Below, in pieces: positions 27,421 through 37,589 of a DNA stretch of 47,387 bases (positions are counted from its first letter, which is position 1; each line of letters opens with the position of its first letter). The stretch covers positions 1 through 47,387 of the forward strand of contig JANLSU010000022.1 of NCBI GenBank assembly GCA_031362565.1, given 5' to 3'. The translations under genes were made by a program, and so were the position numbers. The notes below the pieces were generated by a model. It saw nothing but the letters and a program-made list of their open reading frames with translations, did no database searches and was not told the origin of the DNA. This stretch comes from a bacterium. Its GTDB lineage: Bacteria > Krumholzibacteriota > Krumholzibacteriia > G020349025.

Positions 27421-29010
27421 ATGCAGATCGGTTTCAAGCGCGGCGTTCCAGCGCGCCTGCGCGTACCGCTCCTGTGTGTCCCTTTGTTCGAGGGCGAAAA
27501 CCTACGCGGTGGGTGGATCAGTGAGCTCGACCGCGTCGCGGGTGGCGTCGTCGGCGCGCTCGCCCGGAGCGGCGATTTCACCGGGCGGCTGTGGTCGCAG
27601 GCGCTGCTCTACAACACTGAAAGCGCCGGCCCGCGCCGGATTCTGCTGCTGGGTGTTGGACGGCCGGAACAGTTGGATTTCGAGCGCATGCGCCAGGCCG
27701 CGGGGCGCGCCGTCAAGCGCGGTGGCGAATTAGGCGTCAAGGAGATGGCGCTGCTCTTCCCGAGCCGCACGGCACTCGATACACGGGGCGTGGCGCAGGC
27801 CCTCACCGAGGGTGCGGCGCTCGGCGACTACAAGTTCGATCGCTATCTCTCGGCGCGTGAGGCCGGCCCGCGCGGCGTGCAAACGTTGACTCTCGTCGCC
27901 GTGCAGGATACCGATCGCGCCGCCGTGCATGCCGGCATCGACCGCGGTCTCGTCCTTGGCGACGTGGTTTGCAAAGTGCGCGACATGGTCAACGCGCCCG
28001 GCAATGAACTGACGCCCACCGAAATGGCGCATCGCGCCACGACGTCCGCGAAGCAGTTCGGCTACCGCGCCGAAGTTCTGGAAAAACGTGAGATGCAGAA
28101 GCTCGGCATGGGCGGACTGCTGGCGGTCGCGCAGGGTAGCGATCAGCCGCCGAAGTTCATCGTCCTCGAGTATGACGGCGCACCGGCCAAGTCGGCGCCG
28201 TACCTCTTCGTAGGCAAGGGTCTGACGTTCGATGCCGGCGGCATTTGCCTCAAGCCGGCCACCAAGATGGATGAAATGAAGGGCGATATGGCGGGTGGCG
28301 CCGCGGTGCTCGGCTTGATGGAAGCCGTGGCACGGTTGCATTTGCCGGTGCGCATCATAGGCCTCGTGCCGGCCACCGAGAACTTGCTGGGCGCGAGCGC
28401 CTACCGGCCCGGCGACATCCTGCGCATGCTAAGCGGCAAGACGGTGTTCGTGGACAATACCGACGCCGAAGGGCGCATCATCCTGGCCGACGCACTGGCC
28501 TATGGGCAGCGCTACAAGCCGCGCGCCGTCGTCGATCTGGCAACGCTGACCGGTGCCGTTTTGGTTGCGCTCGGGCAAACGGCGACGGCGGTTGTCAGCA
28601 ACGACCGGCCGCTCACCCAACGTCTCATCGAATCCGGCGAGCGCACCTTCGAGCGCCTGTGGGAACTGCCGATGTGGGAAGAGTTCGAAGAACTCATCAA
28701 GTCACCGATCGCCGACATCAAGAACACCGGCGGCAAGAATGGCGGCACGATCACCGCCGCCGCGTTCCTGAAGCAGTTCGTCGGCACGACCCCCTGGGCG
28801 CATCTCGATATTGCCGGCACGTCGTACTTGGACAAGCCGGAGGGATACCGGCCCCAGGGCGGCACCGGGGTCGGCGTGCGGTTGCTGGTCGACTTCTTGG
28901 AGCGCGAAGCGGCACGCGAACCGGCGCCGAAGCCGGCACACAAACCCGCGACGAAGGCTGCACCGCGGGCTCGTGCCCGCGCCGGTAGCCGCGGCCGTGC
29001 GCGCCGCTGA
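27421..29010 (+). CDS. pepA: Leucyl aminopeptidase (M17)
   Basis: VGKGLTFDAGG, MKGDMAGGA, NTDAEGR, DLATLTGA, WAHLDIAGT. Confidence 0.96.
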   Translation: MQIGFKRGVPARLRVPLLCVPLFEGENLRGGWISELDRVAGGVVGALARSGDFTGRLWSQALLYNTESAGPRRILLLGVGRPEQLDFERMRQAAGRAVKRGGELGVKEMALLFPSRTALDTRGVAQALTEGAALGDYKFDRYLSAREAGPRGVQTLTLVAVQDTDRAAVHAGIDRGLVLGDVVCKVRDMVNAPGNELTPTEMAHRATTSAKQFGYRAEVLEKREMQKLGMGGLLAVAQGSDQPPKFIVLEYDGAPAKSAPYLFVGKGLTFDAGGICLKPATKMDEMKGDMAGGAAVLGLMEAVARLHLPVRIIGLVPATENLLGASAYRPGDILRMLSGKTVFVDNTDAEGRIILADALAYGQRYKPRAVVDLATLTGAVLVALGQTATAVVSNDRPLTQRLIESGERTFERLWELPMWEEFEELIKSPIADIKNTGGKNGGTITAAAFLKQFVGTTPWAHLDIAGTSYLDKPEGYRPQGGTGVGVRLLVDFLEREAAREPAPKPAHKPATKAAPRARARAGSRGRARR

Positions 29011-30067
29011 CCCAGCGCGCTATGTGCAGCTCATGCCGAAGGTCGAGCTGCATGTTCACCTCGAAGGTGCGGTGCGCCCGGCGCGCTTGCTGGCGATTTG
29101 GCGCCGGCACGGCGTGCACTCGCATCTGCGGACGCCCGAGGCGATCGCCCACCTTTTCCGCCACGCGAACTTCGGGGAATTCCTCGATCATTTTCGCTTC
29201 GTCGTGACCTCGTTTCGGGATGTGCAGGATCTCCACGATATTGCGGCCGATCTTTGCGCCGATCTCGCCGCCGAGAACGTCGTTTATGCGGAGGTGATCT
29301 TCTCGGCGGCGATCTTCGCGCGGCTGGGCATTCCCCTCGCGGATTCGATGGCGGCAGTGAGCGAGGCGGCGGCCGATGCTGAACGAACCCTGGCCGCCGG
29401 CACCGATGGGCCCGTGCGCTACAACTTCGTCATCGACCTGGTGCGCAACTTTGGCGCCGAAGCGGGCCGCGAACTCGCCGGTGAGATCGTGCGCCTCGAG
29501 CATCCGCGCATCGTCGGCTTGCACCTGGGAGGCGATGAAGTCCGCTTCCCAGGCCGCGACTTCCAAGCCGCGTTCGACATCGCCCGCGAAGCCGGCTTGG
29601 GCCGCGCGGCGCATGCCGGCGAGGCGGATGGCGCGGCGAGCGTGCGGGAGGCGGTCGAAGTGTTGGGTGCAACGCGCATCGGGCACGGGATCCGGTGCCT
29701 CGAAGACGCGGCGGTGGTGCGCACGTTGGTGGACCGCCAGGTGACACTCGAAGTCTGCCCGACGAGCAACGTATGCACCGGGGTCGTGCCGGATTTGGCG
29801 CGCCACCCGTTGCCCGAACTGCTGCGCGCCGGCCTGCGCTTGACCCTGGGCGCCGACGACCCGAGTTTCTTCGCCACCACTCTCGGTGGCGAACTCGAGC
29901 GCGCCCGCACGGAATATGGTTTGGCGGTCGATGCGGTCGAGGGCTTCGGGATCACGGGGCTGGAGGCGGCGTTCCTGCCGGCGCTCGAGCGCCAGGCGCG
30001 CCGGGCGCGATTCACCGCGGGCTGCGACCGGATCCGAACCGAGTGTGGATTGGAACCGCGCGCCTGA
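28997..30067 (+). CDS. add: Adenosine/adenine deaminase
   Basis: PKVELHVHLEG, AHAGE, RIGHG, LEVCPTSN, GADDP. Start is GTG 28997 (overlapping the pepA end) or ATG 29033. Confidence 0.92.
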   Translation: MRAADPARYVQLMPKVELHVHLEGAVRPARLLAIWRRHGVHSHLRTPEAIAHLFRHANFGEFLDHFRFVVTSFRDVQDLHDIAADLCADLAAENVVYAEVIFSAAIFARLGIPLADSMAAVSEAAADAERTLAAGTDGPVRYNFVIDLVRNFGAEAGRELAGEIVRLEHPRIVGLHLGGDEVRFPGRDFQAAFDIAREAGLGRAAHAGEADGAASVREAVEVLGATRIGHGIRCLEDAAVVRTLVDRQVTLEVCPTSNVCTGVVPDLARHPLPELLRAGLRLTLGADDPSFFATTLGGELERARTEYGLAVDAVEGFGITGLEAAFLPALERQARRARFTAGCDRIRTECGLEPRA

Positions 30068-30068
30068 C

Positions 30069-30587
30069 TTAGCGCAGGAGCGCCGCAATGACCTTGGCGA
30101 GGAGCGCGATGCCGCCGACCAAGGACGCGCCGACCGCGACCGGGCTCGGAATCCCGACATGCACGGGCGGCGCTGGTGGCTCGAGCGCCTTCTTCTCCGT
30201 CGGGGTCAATTCGGTGGCCCGGCGCTTTGCTTCATCGACCAAACGGATGCTGCTCGAATCGGTCTCGGCAACCCGCGGCGGCTGGTTCCCGTAGCGGTCG
30301 AGCCACGCAAGATCCCGGTTGCGGCGCGATGTTGGGTTCGAGAATGACGCGATTGTTTGCTCGTAACTCACTGTCAAATTAGAAACACCAAAGATGTCGC
30401 CGGGATGGGGCGCCGGCCGGAAGCCAAGCCGGCGTTCGACCACGGAGTCCGGTTCGGCGATGGCGCCCAAGGGCGGGGTGCTGGCCGGCGCGGCCGGGGC
30501 CGTGGTCAAAAGCACCAACCCCACGACAGCCCACGGCAGCCGGCGACGCGCGCGCGGGTCCAAAGTCTGCGGGATCGTGGGTCGCAA
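30069..30587 (-). CDS. Hypothetical exported protein with C-terminal hydrophobic helix
   Basis: TTG start after AGGAG; RRRLPWAVVGLVLLTTAPAAPA signal-like region; C-terminus VAVGASLVGGIALLAKVIAALLR. Confidence 0.55.
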   Translation of the reverse strand: MRPTIPQTLDPRARRRLPWAVVGLVLLTTAPAAPASTPPLGAIAEPDSVVERRLGFRPAPHPGDIFGVSNLTVSYEQTIASFSNPTSRRNRDLAWLDRYGNQPPRVAETDSSSIRLVDEAKRRATELTPTEKKALEPPAPPVHVGIPSPVAVGASLVGGIALLAKVIAALLR

Positions 30588-30883
30588 CGCGGGCTCCTGT
30601 GCCCAGGGGCGTGATCGCCCTTGGAATCCTTCGCGGGCCTGAGCAATAGTACGCGCCGGGAGACCCTGGGGCCAGTTGTGTTCGGAATCCGGCCCGAGAC
30701 ACCGCCGGGTCTCACGCCCAGGACAGCCCCTCGCTTGCCATTTGCCGGTCGAACGTGTTACAGCTTGAGTCGGTGGAGCGACTCCAAGTCGTTCCGGACT
30801 TGTCACTTGCGGACCAGCGCGCGCCCCTGCCGAAGCGAGGTGCGCAGGCCGCACCCGATCTCGAGAAGGAGGCAGAGCGTCGC

Positions 30884-31165
30884 ATGACGCGCCGACGCAA
30901 TCCGCCGCCCCGCACGCCCCTGAGGCCGCAGCGTTCCAAGGAAAAGGAAATCGATAACGATTTGCGTTTGGCCCGTGCCACGCGCAAGGCCGAATCGATG
31001 CAAAAGCAGCAGCTTCGCCGCCAACAGTGGGACAACGACTACGAAGAGGTCGGCGGCGATCCCGCAGGCGAGCTGCCGGTCGACGACGAACTGCTCATCA
31101 CGCCCGGCGACCAAGAGGATGAGGACGCAGGCGAGGACGACGAGGACGACGACGATCGCGGCTGA
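30884..31165 (+). CDS. Small hypothetical protein, basic N-terminus and acidic C-terminus
   Basis: AAGGAGG upstream of ATG 30884; 93 aa ending DQEDEDAGEDDEDDDDRG; followed by a strong hairpin. Confidence 0.7.
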   Translation: MTRRRNPPPRTPLRPQRSKEKEIDNDLRLARATRKAESMQKQQLRRQQWDNDYEEVGGDPAGELPVDDELLITPGDQEDEDAGEDDEDDDDRG

Positions 31166-31189
31166 GGCCCGCGCCACCGGTCCAGGACT

Positions 31190-31214
31190 CGAAGCCCTCC
31201 ATCGGAGGGCTTCG
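31190..31214 (+). terminator. Stem-loop (terminator-like or mRNA-stabilising)
   Basis: cgaagccctcc-atc-ggagggcttcg, perfect 11-bp stem; the U-tract is weak. Confidence 0.5.
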
Positions 31215-31231
31215 TTGCGAAGGGGAATTCA

Positions 31232-31960
31232 ATGCGGCGCGTACGCGTGACGTTGGGGCTGTTAGCGCTCTTGATCGCCGGCTGCGGTGGGACCGCCGGC
31301 ACGCAGCATCCGCTCACGAACAATCTCGATCCGGCATTCAAGACCGTCCCGGTGCGCACGCTCGCAGCGCTACCGTTCGCGACCGATATTGCCGACGACG
31401 AGGATCCCGACAAGATTGCGGCCTCGATGGCCGAAGGCAAGTTCTATCCCGCGCTCAACGCGGGGAGCGGCTTCACGATTCTCCCGGCGAGCGAAGTGCG
31501 GCGGATTTTGGAACAGGAAAACCTGCTGAACGACTACCGGATCTTCTGCAAGAAATGGATCTCGGATCAAAGCGATGTCGACACCGGTTTCATCAAGAAC
31601 CTGGCGTCTCAAATCAAGGTCGATGGCGTGATCGTTGGTGCGGTGGACGTGTGGCACCAGGCGCCGGTGGACATTACGCAGTCGGGCGCGGCGCGTACGT
31701 CGGTTGGCATTCTCGTCGGTTTGTTCGATGGCGCGACGGGAAAACGTCTCTGGCTCGGCCGCGACGAGAACTTCAAGGAAGCGTTGCGTTATACGCCGAA
31801 CGATACCGGGTCCGACTTGGCACGCAATCAGACCCGGGGCGAAATGGAGCGCACGAATCTGCGCACCGCGACCGGTGTCTATGCGCCGCCCGATTTTCCA
31901 GCCGTCGTGGACGGCGTCGTGGCGTCCTTGGTGGCGGCCTTCCCGAAGCGGGTCAAATGA
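31232..31960 (+). CDS. Hypothetical lipoprotein (possibly TolB-N/CsgG/LpoB-like alpha-beta fold)
   Basis: Lipobox LIAG-C; LAALPF..., VDGVIVGAV, LFDGATGKRLW pattern. Confidence 0.75.
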   Translation: MRRVRVTLGLLALLIAGCGGTAGTQHPLTNNLDPAFKTVPVRTLAALPFATDIADDEDPDKIAASMAEGKFYPALNAGSGFTILPASEVRRILEQENLLNDYRIFCKKWISDQSDVDTGFIKNLASQIKVDGVIVGAVDVWHQAPVDITQSGAARTSVGILVGLFDGATGKRLWLGRDENFKEALRYTPNDTGSDLARNQTRGEMERTNLRTATGVYAPPDFPAVVDGVVASLVAAFPKRVK

Positions 31961-32550
31961 ATCGCCCGCGCATCGTGCCCGGCGGCGCGACACCGAGGAG
32001 CGGTCAAGGCTCCGGCGGTGGCGGCGGCGCGGCTGACGGCAATCCGCCCGAATCGAGTGACGAAGACGAGCGTTGGATGCGCCTGGCACTGGACGAAGCC
32101 ATGCGCGCCGCCGAAGCCGGCGAAGTCCCGGTCGGTGCCGTCGTCGTGCTCGACGGACGATTGCTGGGCCGAGGCCACAATCGCACCGAAGCCACCCATG
32201 ACCCGACGGCGCACGCGGAAATCATGGCCATCGGTGCCGCGAGCACGGCTCTCGGCGACTGGCGGTTGTCGGGTGCCGACATCTACGTGACGCTTGAACC
32301 CTGTTCGATGTGCGCCGGCGCGATTCAATTGGGCCGGTTCCGGCGCGTCATTTTTGGGCCGCGCGATCCGAAGTTCGGTGCCTGCGGGTCGGTGCTGAAC
32401 GTCGTCGAGGCACCGCGACTCAACCACCAAGTGGGCGTCGTCGAAGGCGTCCTGGCCGAAGAGAGCCGTTTCGCCCTGCGCCAGTTCTTCCGGCGGCTCC
32501 GCCAATCGGGGCGTGAGACCGCGTCGGGGGATCCGTTCGAATCCGAATAG
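31957..32550 (+). CDS. tadA: tRNA-specific adenosine-34 deaminase
   Basis: GEVPVGAVVV, DPTAHAEI, YVTLEPCSMCAGA, DPKFGACGS, LNH, FF. ATGA overlap with the upstream lipoprotein (a later start at ATG 32078 is possible). Confidence 0.95.
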   Translation: MNRPRIVPGGATPRSGQGSGGGGGAADGNPPESSDEDERWMRLALDEAMRAAEAGEVPVGAVVVLDGRLLGRGHNRTEATHDPTAHAEIMAIGAASTALGDWRLSGADIYVTLEPCSMCAGAIQLGRFRRVIFGPRDPKFGACGSVLNVVEAPRLNHQVGVVEGVLAEESRFALRQFFRRLRQSGRETASGDPFESE

Positions 32551-32606
32551 AAAGCGCCGTCGAGGCCGCGGCCTTTTTGTTATCGTCCCGGCGCCCGACC
32601 CCAAAA

Positions 32607-32696
32607 GGAGAGATGCGAGAGCGGTTTAATCGGCACGGTTGGAAACCGTGTGTATGGGAAACCGTACCGAGGGTTCGAATCCCTCTCTCTCCGCCA
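32607..32696 (+). tRNA. tRNA-Ser(GGA)
   Basis: GGAGAGA/TCTCTCC acceptor, anticodon arm CACGG-TTGGAAA-CCGTG, long variable arm, GCCA end. Confidence 0.96.
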
Positions 32697-32777
32697 CTCG
32701 AATGCCGGCCGAGCGCCCCGCGCCGGCCGGCGTTCCGCTTCAGCGACCGACTTCCCACGCCGAGCAATGCTCAGGCT

Positions 32778-34970
32778 TCACCGCGCGGCGGCGGTGGGCA
32801 AGCCGGCTGCAGCGAGCGTTGGACCGCAACCGATGTACTTTTCGACCCAAGCGAAGAATTCCTGGTGCCACAGCCGGCTCGATTGCGGCTTCATGATCCA
32901 GTGGTTCTCGTCCGGGAAGAGGACGATGCGGGCCGGTACACCCTTGGCGGTCAAGACTCCGTAGAGTTCGATGCCCTGCGTGACCGGCACGCGGTAATCC
33001 TTTTCGCCGTGCAGGATGAGGGTTGGGGTCGTGAAGCGGGCGGCGTAGCGATTCGGTGACCACACGTCGATGCGATCGGGATCGACCCACGGCGCGGCGC
33101 CGTAGTTCGCCGACCGGCCCCACGTGGCGTCCGATGCGAACTGGGCCATTAAATCGTACACGCCCGCATGGCTGACGAGCGCCTTGAAGCGGTCCGTGTG
33201 GCCGAGAATCCAGTCGACCATGTAACCGCCGTAGGAACCGCCGGCGGCCGCCATGCGCGTCGAGTCGACGAGACCGTGGGCGATGAGCCAGTCGGTCGAC
33301 TTCATGAGGTCGGTGAAGGGTTTGTCGCCGTGCGCGCCGACGATCGACTCGCAGAACGATTGCCCCACACCGGTCGAACCATGGAAATTGACGAACGCGG
33401 CGACGTGCCCACGCGAGGTGAGCAGCATCGGATTCCAACGATAGTGGAACTGGTCGAGCCAGGCGCCGGTGGGGCCGCCGTGGATGATTTGTAAGAAGGG
33501 ATAGCGTTTGCCGGGCGCGTACCCCGGTGGCAGAACGACGAACATCTGCACCGAGTCGCCGTCCGCGCCCGCGAACGTGACGTCTCGCACGGTGCCGAAG
33601 TCGAGGCCGGCCAACGTCTCGCGGTTGAACGAAATCAAGGCCCGCACGTCGCGGACCGCGAGGCGATCGCCGGTGCCTTCCAAGTGCGCCGTCCACAGTT
33701 CGACCGGCTCGCGAATCGAATCGCGGCTGAAAACGAGCCCGCCATTCGCAGTCGCGACCACGCCGTTCGTGTTGCCGCCGCGCACCAGGAGCCGGGGCGT
33801 GCCGCCGTCGATGCTCATCGCATACAAGTGGTTGCGCCCGAGCGCCGTGGCGTGAAAAAGAATCGTGCGGCTGTCGGGGGTTGTCGTCCAGCCGGAGGGC
33901 TGCGCATCCCACGCTTCGGCCAACAGGCGTGCTTGGCCGCTTGCCCGGTCGTAGCGCGCCAAGCGCACGAAGTCGGAATCCAACTCCGGGCGGCGATTGT
34001 GGCCGAAAAGGATGAACTTGCCGTCGGGTGTGTAACGCGGCCGGCTGTCATCGGCCGGATTGTCGGCGGTGATACGGCGCGGGGTGCCGCCCGTCGTGGG
34101 CACGACCCACACGTCATAGTCGAGAGTGCGATGCGGCGGTTCGGTGACGTTGGCCGAGAAGGCGATCTCGGTGCCGTCGGGTGCAATATCCCAGGTTCCG
34201 GCAGGGTCGTCGAGGTTCCAAGCCCGCGCCGAGCCGGGAAGGACATCGGTCACGGCGTGCGTCGCCAAGTCCGCGACGAAAATGTGCACTGCCTGCCCGT
34301 CGGCCAGGTAGTGATCCCAGTAGCGCAACACGCGGCTCTCGCTCGCCTGGGCGTGCGTCTTGTCGTTTTTCGCGTCGTCGAGGCGCTTCTTCACCGCGGC
34401 AAAATCCGCGTTCAAGTCCGGCCACGTGGATGCGAGGAAGGCGATGCGTTTGCCATCCGGCAACCAGTGCGGGTCGGAGGCCGCAACCGGCAGCTCGGTG
34501 ATCTGTTGTGGCTCGCCACCCGCCAAATCGAGTACGAAGAGCTGCGCCGGGTCGTCGCCGCGCTTCGATACATAGGCGAGGCGTCCGCCATCCGGACTCC
34601 ACACCGGGCTCGAATCGGGGCCCTTGTTCGATGTCAAGCGCCGGGGAGGTGCCGTGCGCGCCAGGTCGGCGAGCCAAACGTCGCCTTGGCCGCGGTTGTC
34701 CTCCATCGAATAGGCCGTGACCGTGAAGGCCACCAAACGGCCATCGGGCGAAACGGCGGGCGTGCCGACGCGCTGCATTGCCCACAGGTCTTCCAGCGTC
34801 ATCGCATGCGTCGCGTCGGCGGACTTTGGCGCCGCGACGGGCGCCGGGTTGGGGGCGCTCTTCGCTGTCCTTCGCGGCTTGGCGCTTGCCGCCGGAACGG
34901 TGGCGGCTACCAGCAGCGTGGCGGCAACGGCGTTCAAAAAGGCGGCTCGGCAAGCAGCGCGGTGCGGCAT
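32778..34970 (-). CDS. S9 family (prolyl oligopeptidase/acylaminoacyl) peptidase, exported
   Basis: AGGAGG RBS before ATG 34970; signal peptide; PD40 propeller; IHGGP, GGSYGG, HGEKDYRVP, FPDENHW. Confidence 0.94.
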   Translation of the reverse strand: MPHRAACRAAFLNAVAATLLVAATVPAASAKPRRTAKSAPNPAPVAAPKSADATHAMTLEDLWAMQRVGTPAVSPDGRLVAFTVTAYSMEDNRGQGDVWLADLARTAPPRRLTSNKGPDSSPVWSPDGGRLAYVSKRGDDPAQLFVLDLAGGEPQQITELPVAASDPHWLPDGKRIAFLASTWPDLNADFAAVKKRLDDAKNDKTHAQASESRVLRYWDHYLADGQAVHIFVADLATHAVTDVLPGSARAWNLDDPAGTWDIAPDGTEIAFSANVTEPPHRTLDYDVWVVPTTGGTPRRITADNPADDSRPRYTPDGKFILFGHNRRPELDSDFVRLARYDRASGQARLLAEAWDAQPSGWTTTPDSRTILFHATALGRNHLYAMSIDGGTPRLLVRGGNTNGVVATANGGLVFSRDSIREPVELWTAHLEGTGDRLAVRDVRALISFNRETLAGLDFGTVRDVTFAGADGDSVQMFVVLPPGYAPGKRYPFLQIIHGGPTGAWLDQFHYRWNPMLLTSRGHVAAFVNFHGSTGVGQSFCESIVGAHGDKPFTDLMKSTDWLIAHGLVDSTRMAAAGGSYGGYMVDWILGHTDRFKALVSHAGVYDLMAQFASDATWGRSANYGAAPWVDPDRIDVWSPNRYAARFTTPTLILHGEKDYRVPVTQGIELYGVLTAKGVPARIVLFPDENHWIMKPQSSRLWHQEFFAWVEKYIGCGPTLAAAGLPTAAAR

Positions 34971-35094
34971 CGGCGTTGAACCTCCTAAGAAAACCCACGA
35001 GAGCCGGTATTGTAGCCTGCCGGCGCCGCGTTGCCAACGCGCTCGGTCTTTCTCTATGCTCGCCCCTGCGTCGCGTCGCACCGAAGGGGATCGA

Positions 35095-36201
35095 GTGACC
35101 GTCATCGCGCCAACACCGGCTCTGCGGCGATTCTCGGGCGCACCGCCCGCCATGTTGACCCCGGCGGCCGATGCGGTTTTCGTCGGTGGCGCATCGGTCG
35201 TTCTCATCATCGCGTGGATGATCCTGAAGCTCGACCTGACATCACCGAACACCATGCAACGCTTCGTCTTCATCAACTTCCTCATCAACGCGCCGCACTT
35301 CATGGCGTCGTACAAGTTGCTGTACGGGGCCCGCGACAAGCGCCGCGACTATCCGGGCGTCACGTGGTGGGTTCCGGCCGTGCTGGTCCTGTGGTCCGTC
35401 GTGGGGCTCGCGACATACGGCCAGAGCCGTCTCATGATGCAGGCGCTGTTCGGCGCCTCCGTCGTCTCGCTGTCGTGGCACTACACCGGGCAGACGTGGG
35501 GCATGATGGCGTCGTTCGCCCACATTCAGGGCCTGGGTTTCACGCCCACCGAGCGCCGGCTCATACGCGCCAATCTCTGGACACTCGCGGCGTTTCATAT
35601 TGCCTGGGCGGTGATCGTCGTTCGCAAGATCTTCGCCGGCCCCGGCACCGGAGAGCCGCTCCTGTCGGCCGCGCAAGGCGACGGTCTGTACCAGGCCATC
35701 GCCGCCCTCGCATTGGGGTCGAGCGTTCTCGGCCTGGCGGGGCTCGGGCTCTGGTGGCAGCGGGTGCGGCGCGCGCCGCCGCTCCGAGTCTGGGTGCCGT
35801 GGCTCGCAGTCCACTTGTGGTATTGGCTCTTGTACCGTGAACCCACCGCGCTCTTTTGGGTGCAGAATGCGCACGCGCTGCAGTATCTGCTGTTTCCGAT
35901 GCGCGTCGAACTGAATCGCGACACGCACGCCGGCCGTGGAACGGGCCGCATGGCCGTCGGGCTGCGCATGGTGCGCTACTATGGGGTCATCGTCGCGGCG
36001 GGGCTGGCCGTCCTTTGGGCTCTGCCCTGGCTTTTGCGCAACGAGCGCGGCGCGGTGGGGCTCGCGGGTCTCCCGGTGGAGTTGACGCTCATTTCGTGCG
36101 TCAACCTGCACCACTATTTCATCGACGGGGTGATTTGGAAGATTCGCAATCCGGTCGTCCGGCGCGATCTTTTCTCGCATCTCGCCGCCGCACGTTCGTG
36201 A
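35095..36201 (+). CDS. Polytopic membrane protein with multiple His motifs, function unknown
   Basis: About 8-9 hydrophobic segments; NAPHFMASY, SWHYTGQTWG, AHALQY, NLHHYFIDGVIWK. GTG start after GAAGGGG (uncertain). Confidence 0.75.
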   Translation: MTVIAPTPALRRFSGAPPAMLTPAADAVFVGGASVVLIIAWMILKLDLTSPNTMQRFVFINFLINAPHFMASYKLLYGARDKRRDYPGVTWWVPAVLVLWSVVGLATYGQSRLMMQALFGASVVSLSWHYTGQTWGMMASFAHIQGLGFTPTERRLIRANLWTLAAFHIAWAVIVVRKIFAGPGTGEPLLSAAQGDGLYQAIAALALGSSVLGLAGLGLWWQRVRRAPPLRVWVPWLAVHLWYWLLYREPTALFWVQNAHALQYLLFPMRVELNRDTHAGRGTGRMAVGLRMVRYYGVIVAAGLAVLWALPWLLRNERGAVGLAGLPVELTLISCVNLHHYFIDGVIWKIRNPVVRRDLFSHLAAARS

Positions 36202-36237
36202 CGCGGCGCTCCCGGCGCGTGGTAGAGTAGGCACGCC

Positions 36238-37545
36238 ATGGCCGATCTCTTCACAGAGCAGTTCGACCGCGAACGGGCGCGCGATGCGCCGCTTGCGGAC
36301 CGCATGCGCCCGGCGACGCTGGACGAATTCTTTGGCCAGGAGTCGGCGGTCGGGCCAGGCACGGTGCTGCGCCGTGCACTGGAGCAGGACGAACTCTTCT
36401 CGATCATTCTTTGGGGACCGCCCGGTACGGGCAAGACGACGCTGGCGCGCCTCTGCGCCGCCGCAACCCGTTCGACGTTCGTCCAGCTTTCGGCGGTCAC
36501 GAGCGGCAAAGAGGATCTGCGGCGCGTCGTGCAGGAAGCCGAGCAGCGCCGGGCGTATCACCAGAAGCGGACGATTCTTTTCCTGGACGAAATCCACCGC
36601 TGGAATCGCGCCCAGCAGGACGGCCTCTTGCCGCATGTCGAGCAGGGAGTTCTGACCCTGGTCGGTGCGACCACCGAAAACCCGAGCTTCGAGGTCGTCG
36701 GCCCGCTGCTCTCACGCAGCCGCATCGTCGTCCTGGAGCGGCTTTCGGAGCCGGCGCTCGAACGCATTCTGGATCGCGCCCTCACCGACATCGAGCGTGG
36801 CCTCGGTGAGCGCCGCGTCGAACTGGCTCCCGAGGCGCGCGCCCTGCTCATACTGGCAGCGAACGGCGACGCCCGCACCCTCTTGAACGGACTCGAGATC
36901 GCCGCCAAGGCGACCCCGCCCAGCGGCGATGGACGGCGTCTCGTCGACCGCCGGATCATGGCCGACGTGTTCCAACGCCAAGCCCTGCGCTACGACAAAT
37001 CGGGCGAAGAGCATTACAACATCATCTCGGCGTTCATCAAATCGATGCGCGCCTCCGATCCGGATGCGGCACTCTACTGGATGATGCGCATGGTGGAAAG
37101 CGGTGAGGATCCGCTCTTCATCGCCCGCCGCATGGTGATCTTCGCGTCCGAAGATGTGGGTGTCGCCGATCCTGGCGCACTCGGACTCGCGGTGGCCTGC
37201 TTCAAGGCGTGCGAGGTGATCGGCTATCCGGAGTGCCGCATCAACTTGGGGCACGCGGCAGTCTACCTGGCGCGCGCACCCAAGAGCCGGCACGCCTACG
37301 AGGCGATCGGCCGGGCTCAGGACGACGTCCGGCGCACGCTGAACGAACCCGTGCCGATGCACTTGCGTAACGCTCCGACCGCCCTCCTCGCGGAGCTTGG
37401 ATACGGAACGCGCCAAGACCACGGGCAGGGAAATGAAAACTTGCCGCGCACGCTGGCGGCAAAGCGCTACTGGCTGGCGCCAGGCGCCGCCGGCTCCACG
37501 GCGCGGACGCCTGGCAGTACAGAGTCCGCACCCGCGGCGGAATGA
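36238..37545 (+). CDS. rarA: Replication-associated recombination protein A (RarA/MgsA AAA+ ATPase)
   Basis: [65 protein letters not shown]. Confidence 0.96.
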   Translation: MADLFTEQFDRERARDAPLADRMRPATLDEFFGQESAVGPGTVLRRALEQDELFSIILWGPPGTGKTTLARLCAAATRSTFVQLSAVTSGKEDLRRVVQEAEQRRAYHQKRTILFLDEIHRWNRAQQDGLLPHVEQGVLTLVGATTENPSFEVVGPLLSRSRIVVLERLSEPALERILDRALTDIERGLGERRVELAPEARALLILAANGDARTLLNGLEIAAKATPPSGDGRRLVDRRIMADVFQRQALRYDKSGEEHYNIISAFIKSMRASDPDAALYWMMRMVESGEDPLFIARRMVIFASEDVGVADPGALGLAVACFKACEVIGYPECRINLGHAAVYLARAPKSRHAYEAIGRAQDDVRRTLNEPVPMHLRNAPTALLAELGYGTRQDHGQGNENLPRTLAAKRYWLAPGAAGSTARTPGSTESAPAAE

Positions 37546-37589
37546 ATGGCGACCGCGGCACGGCGCGCGAGCGCTGGAATGGAGGTTTT

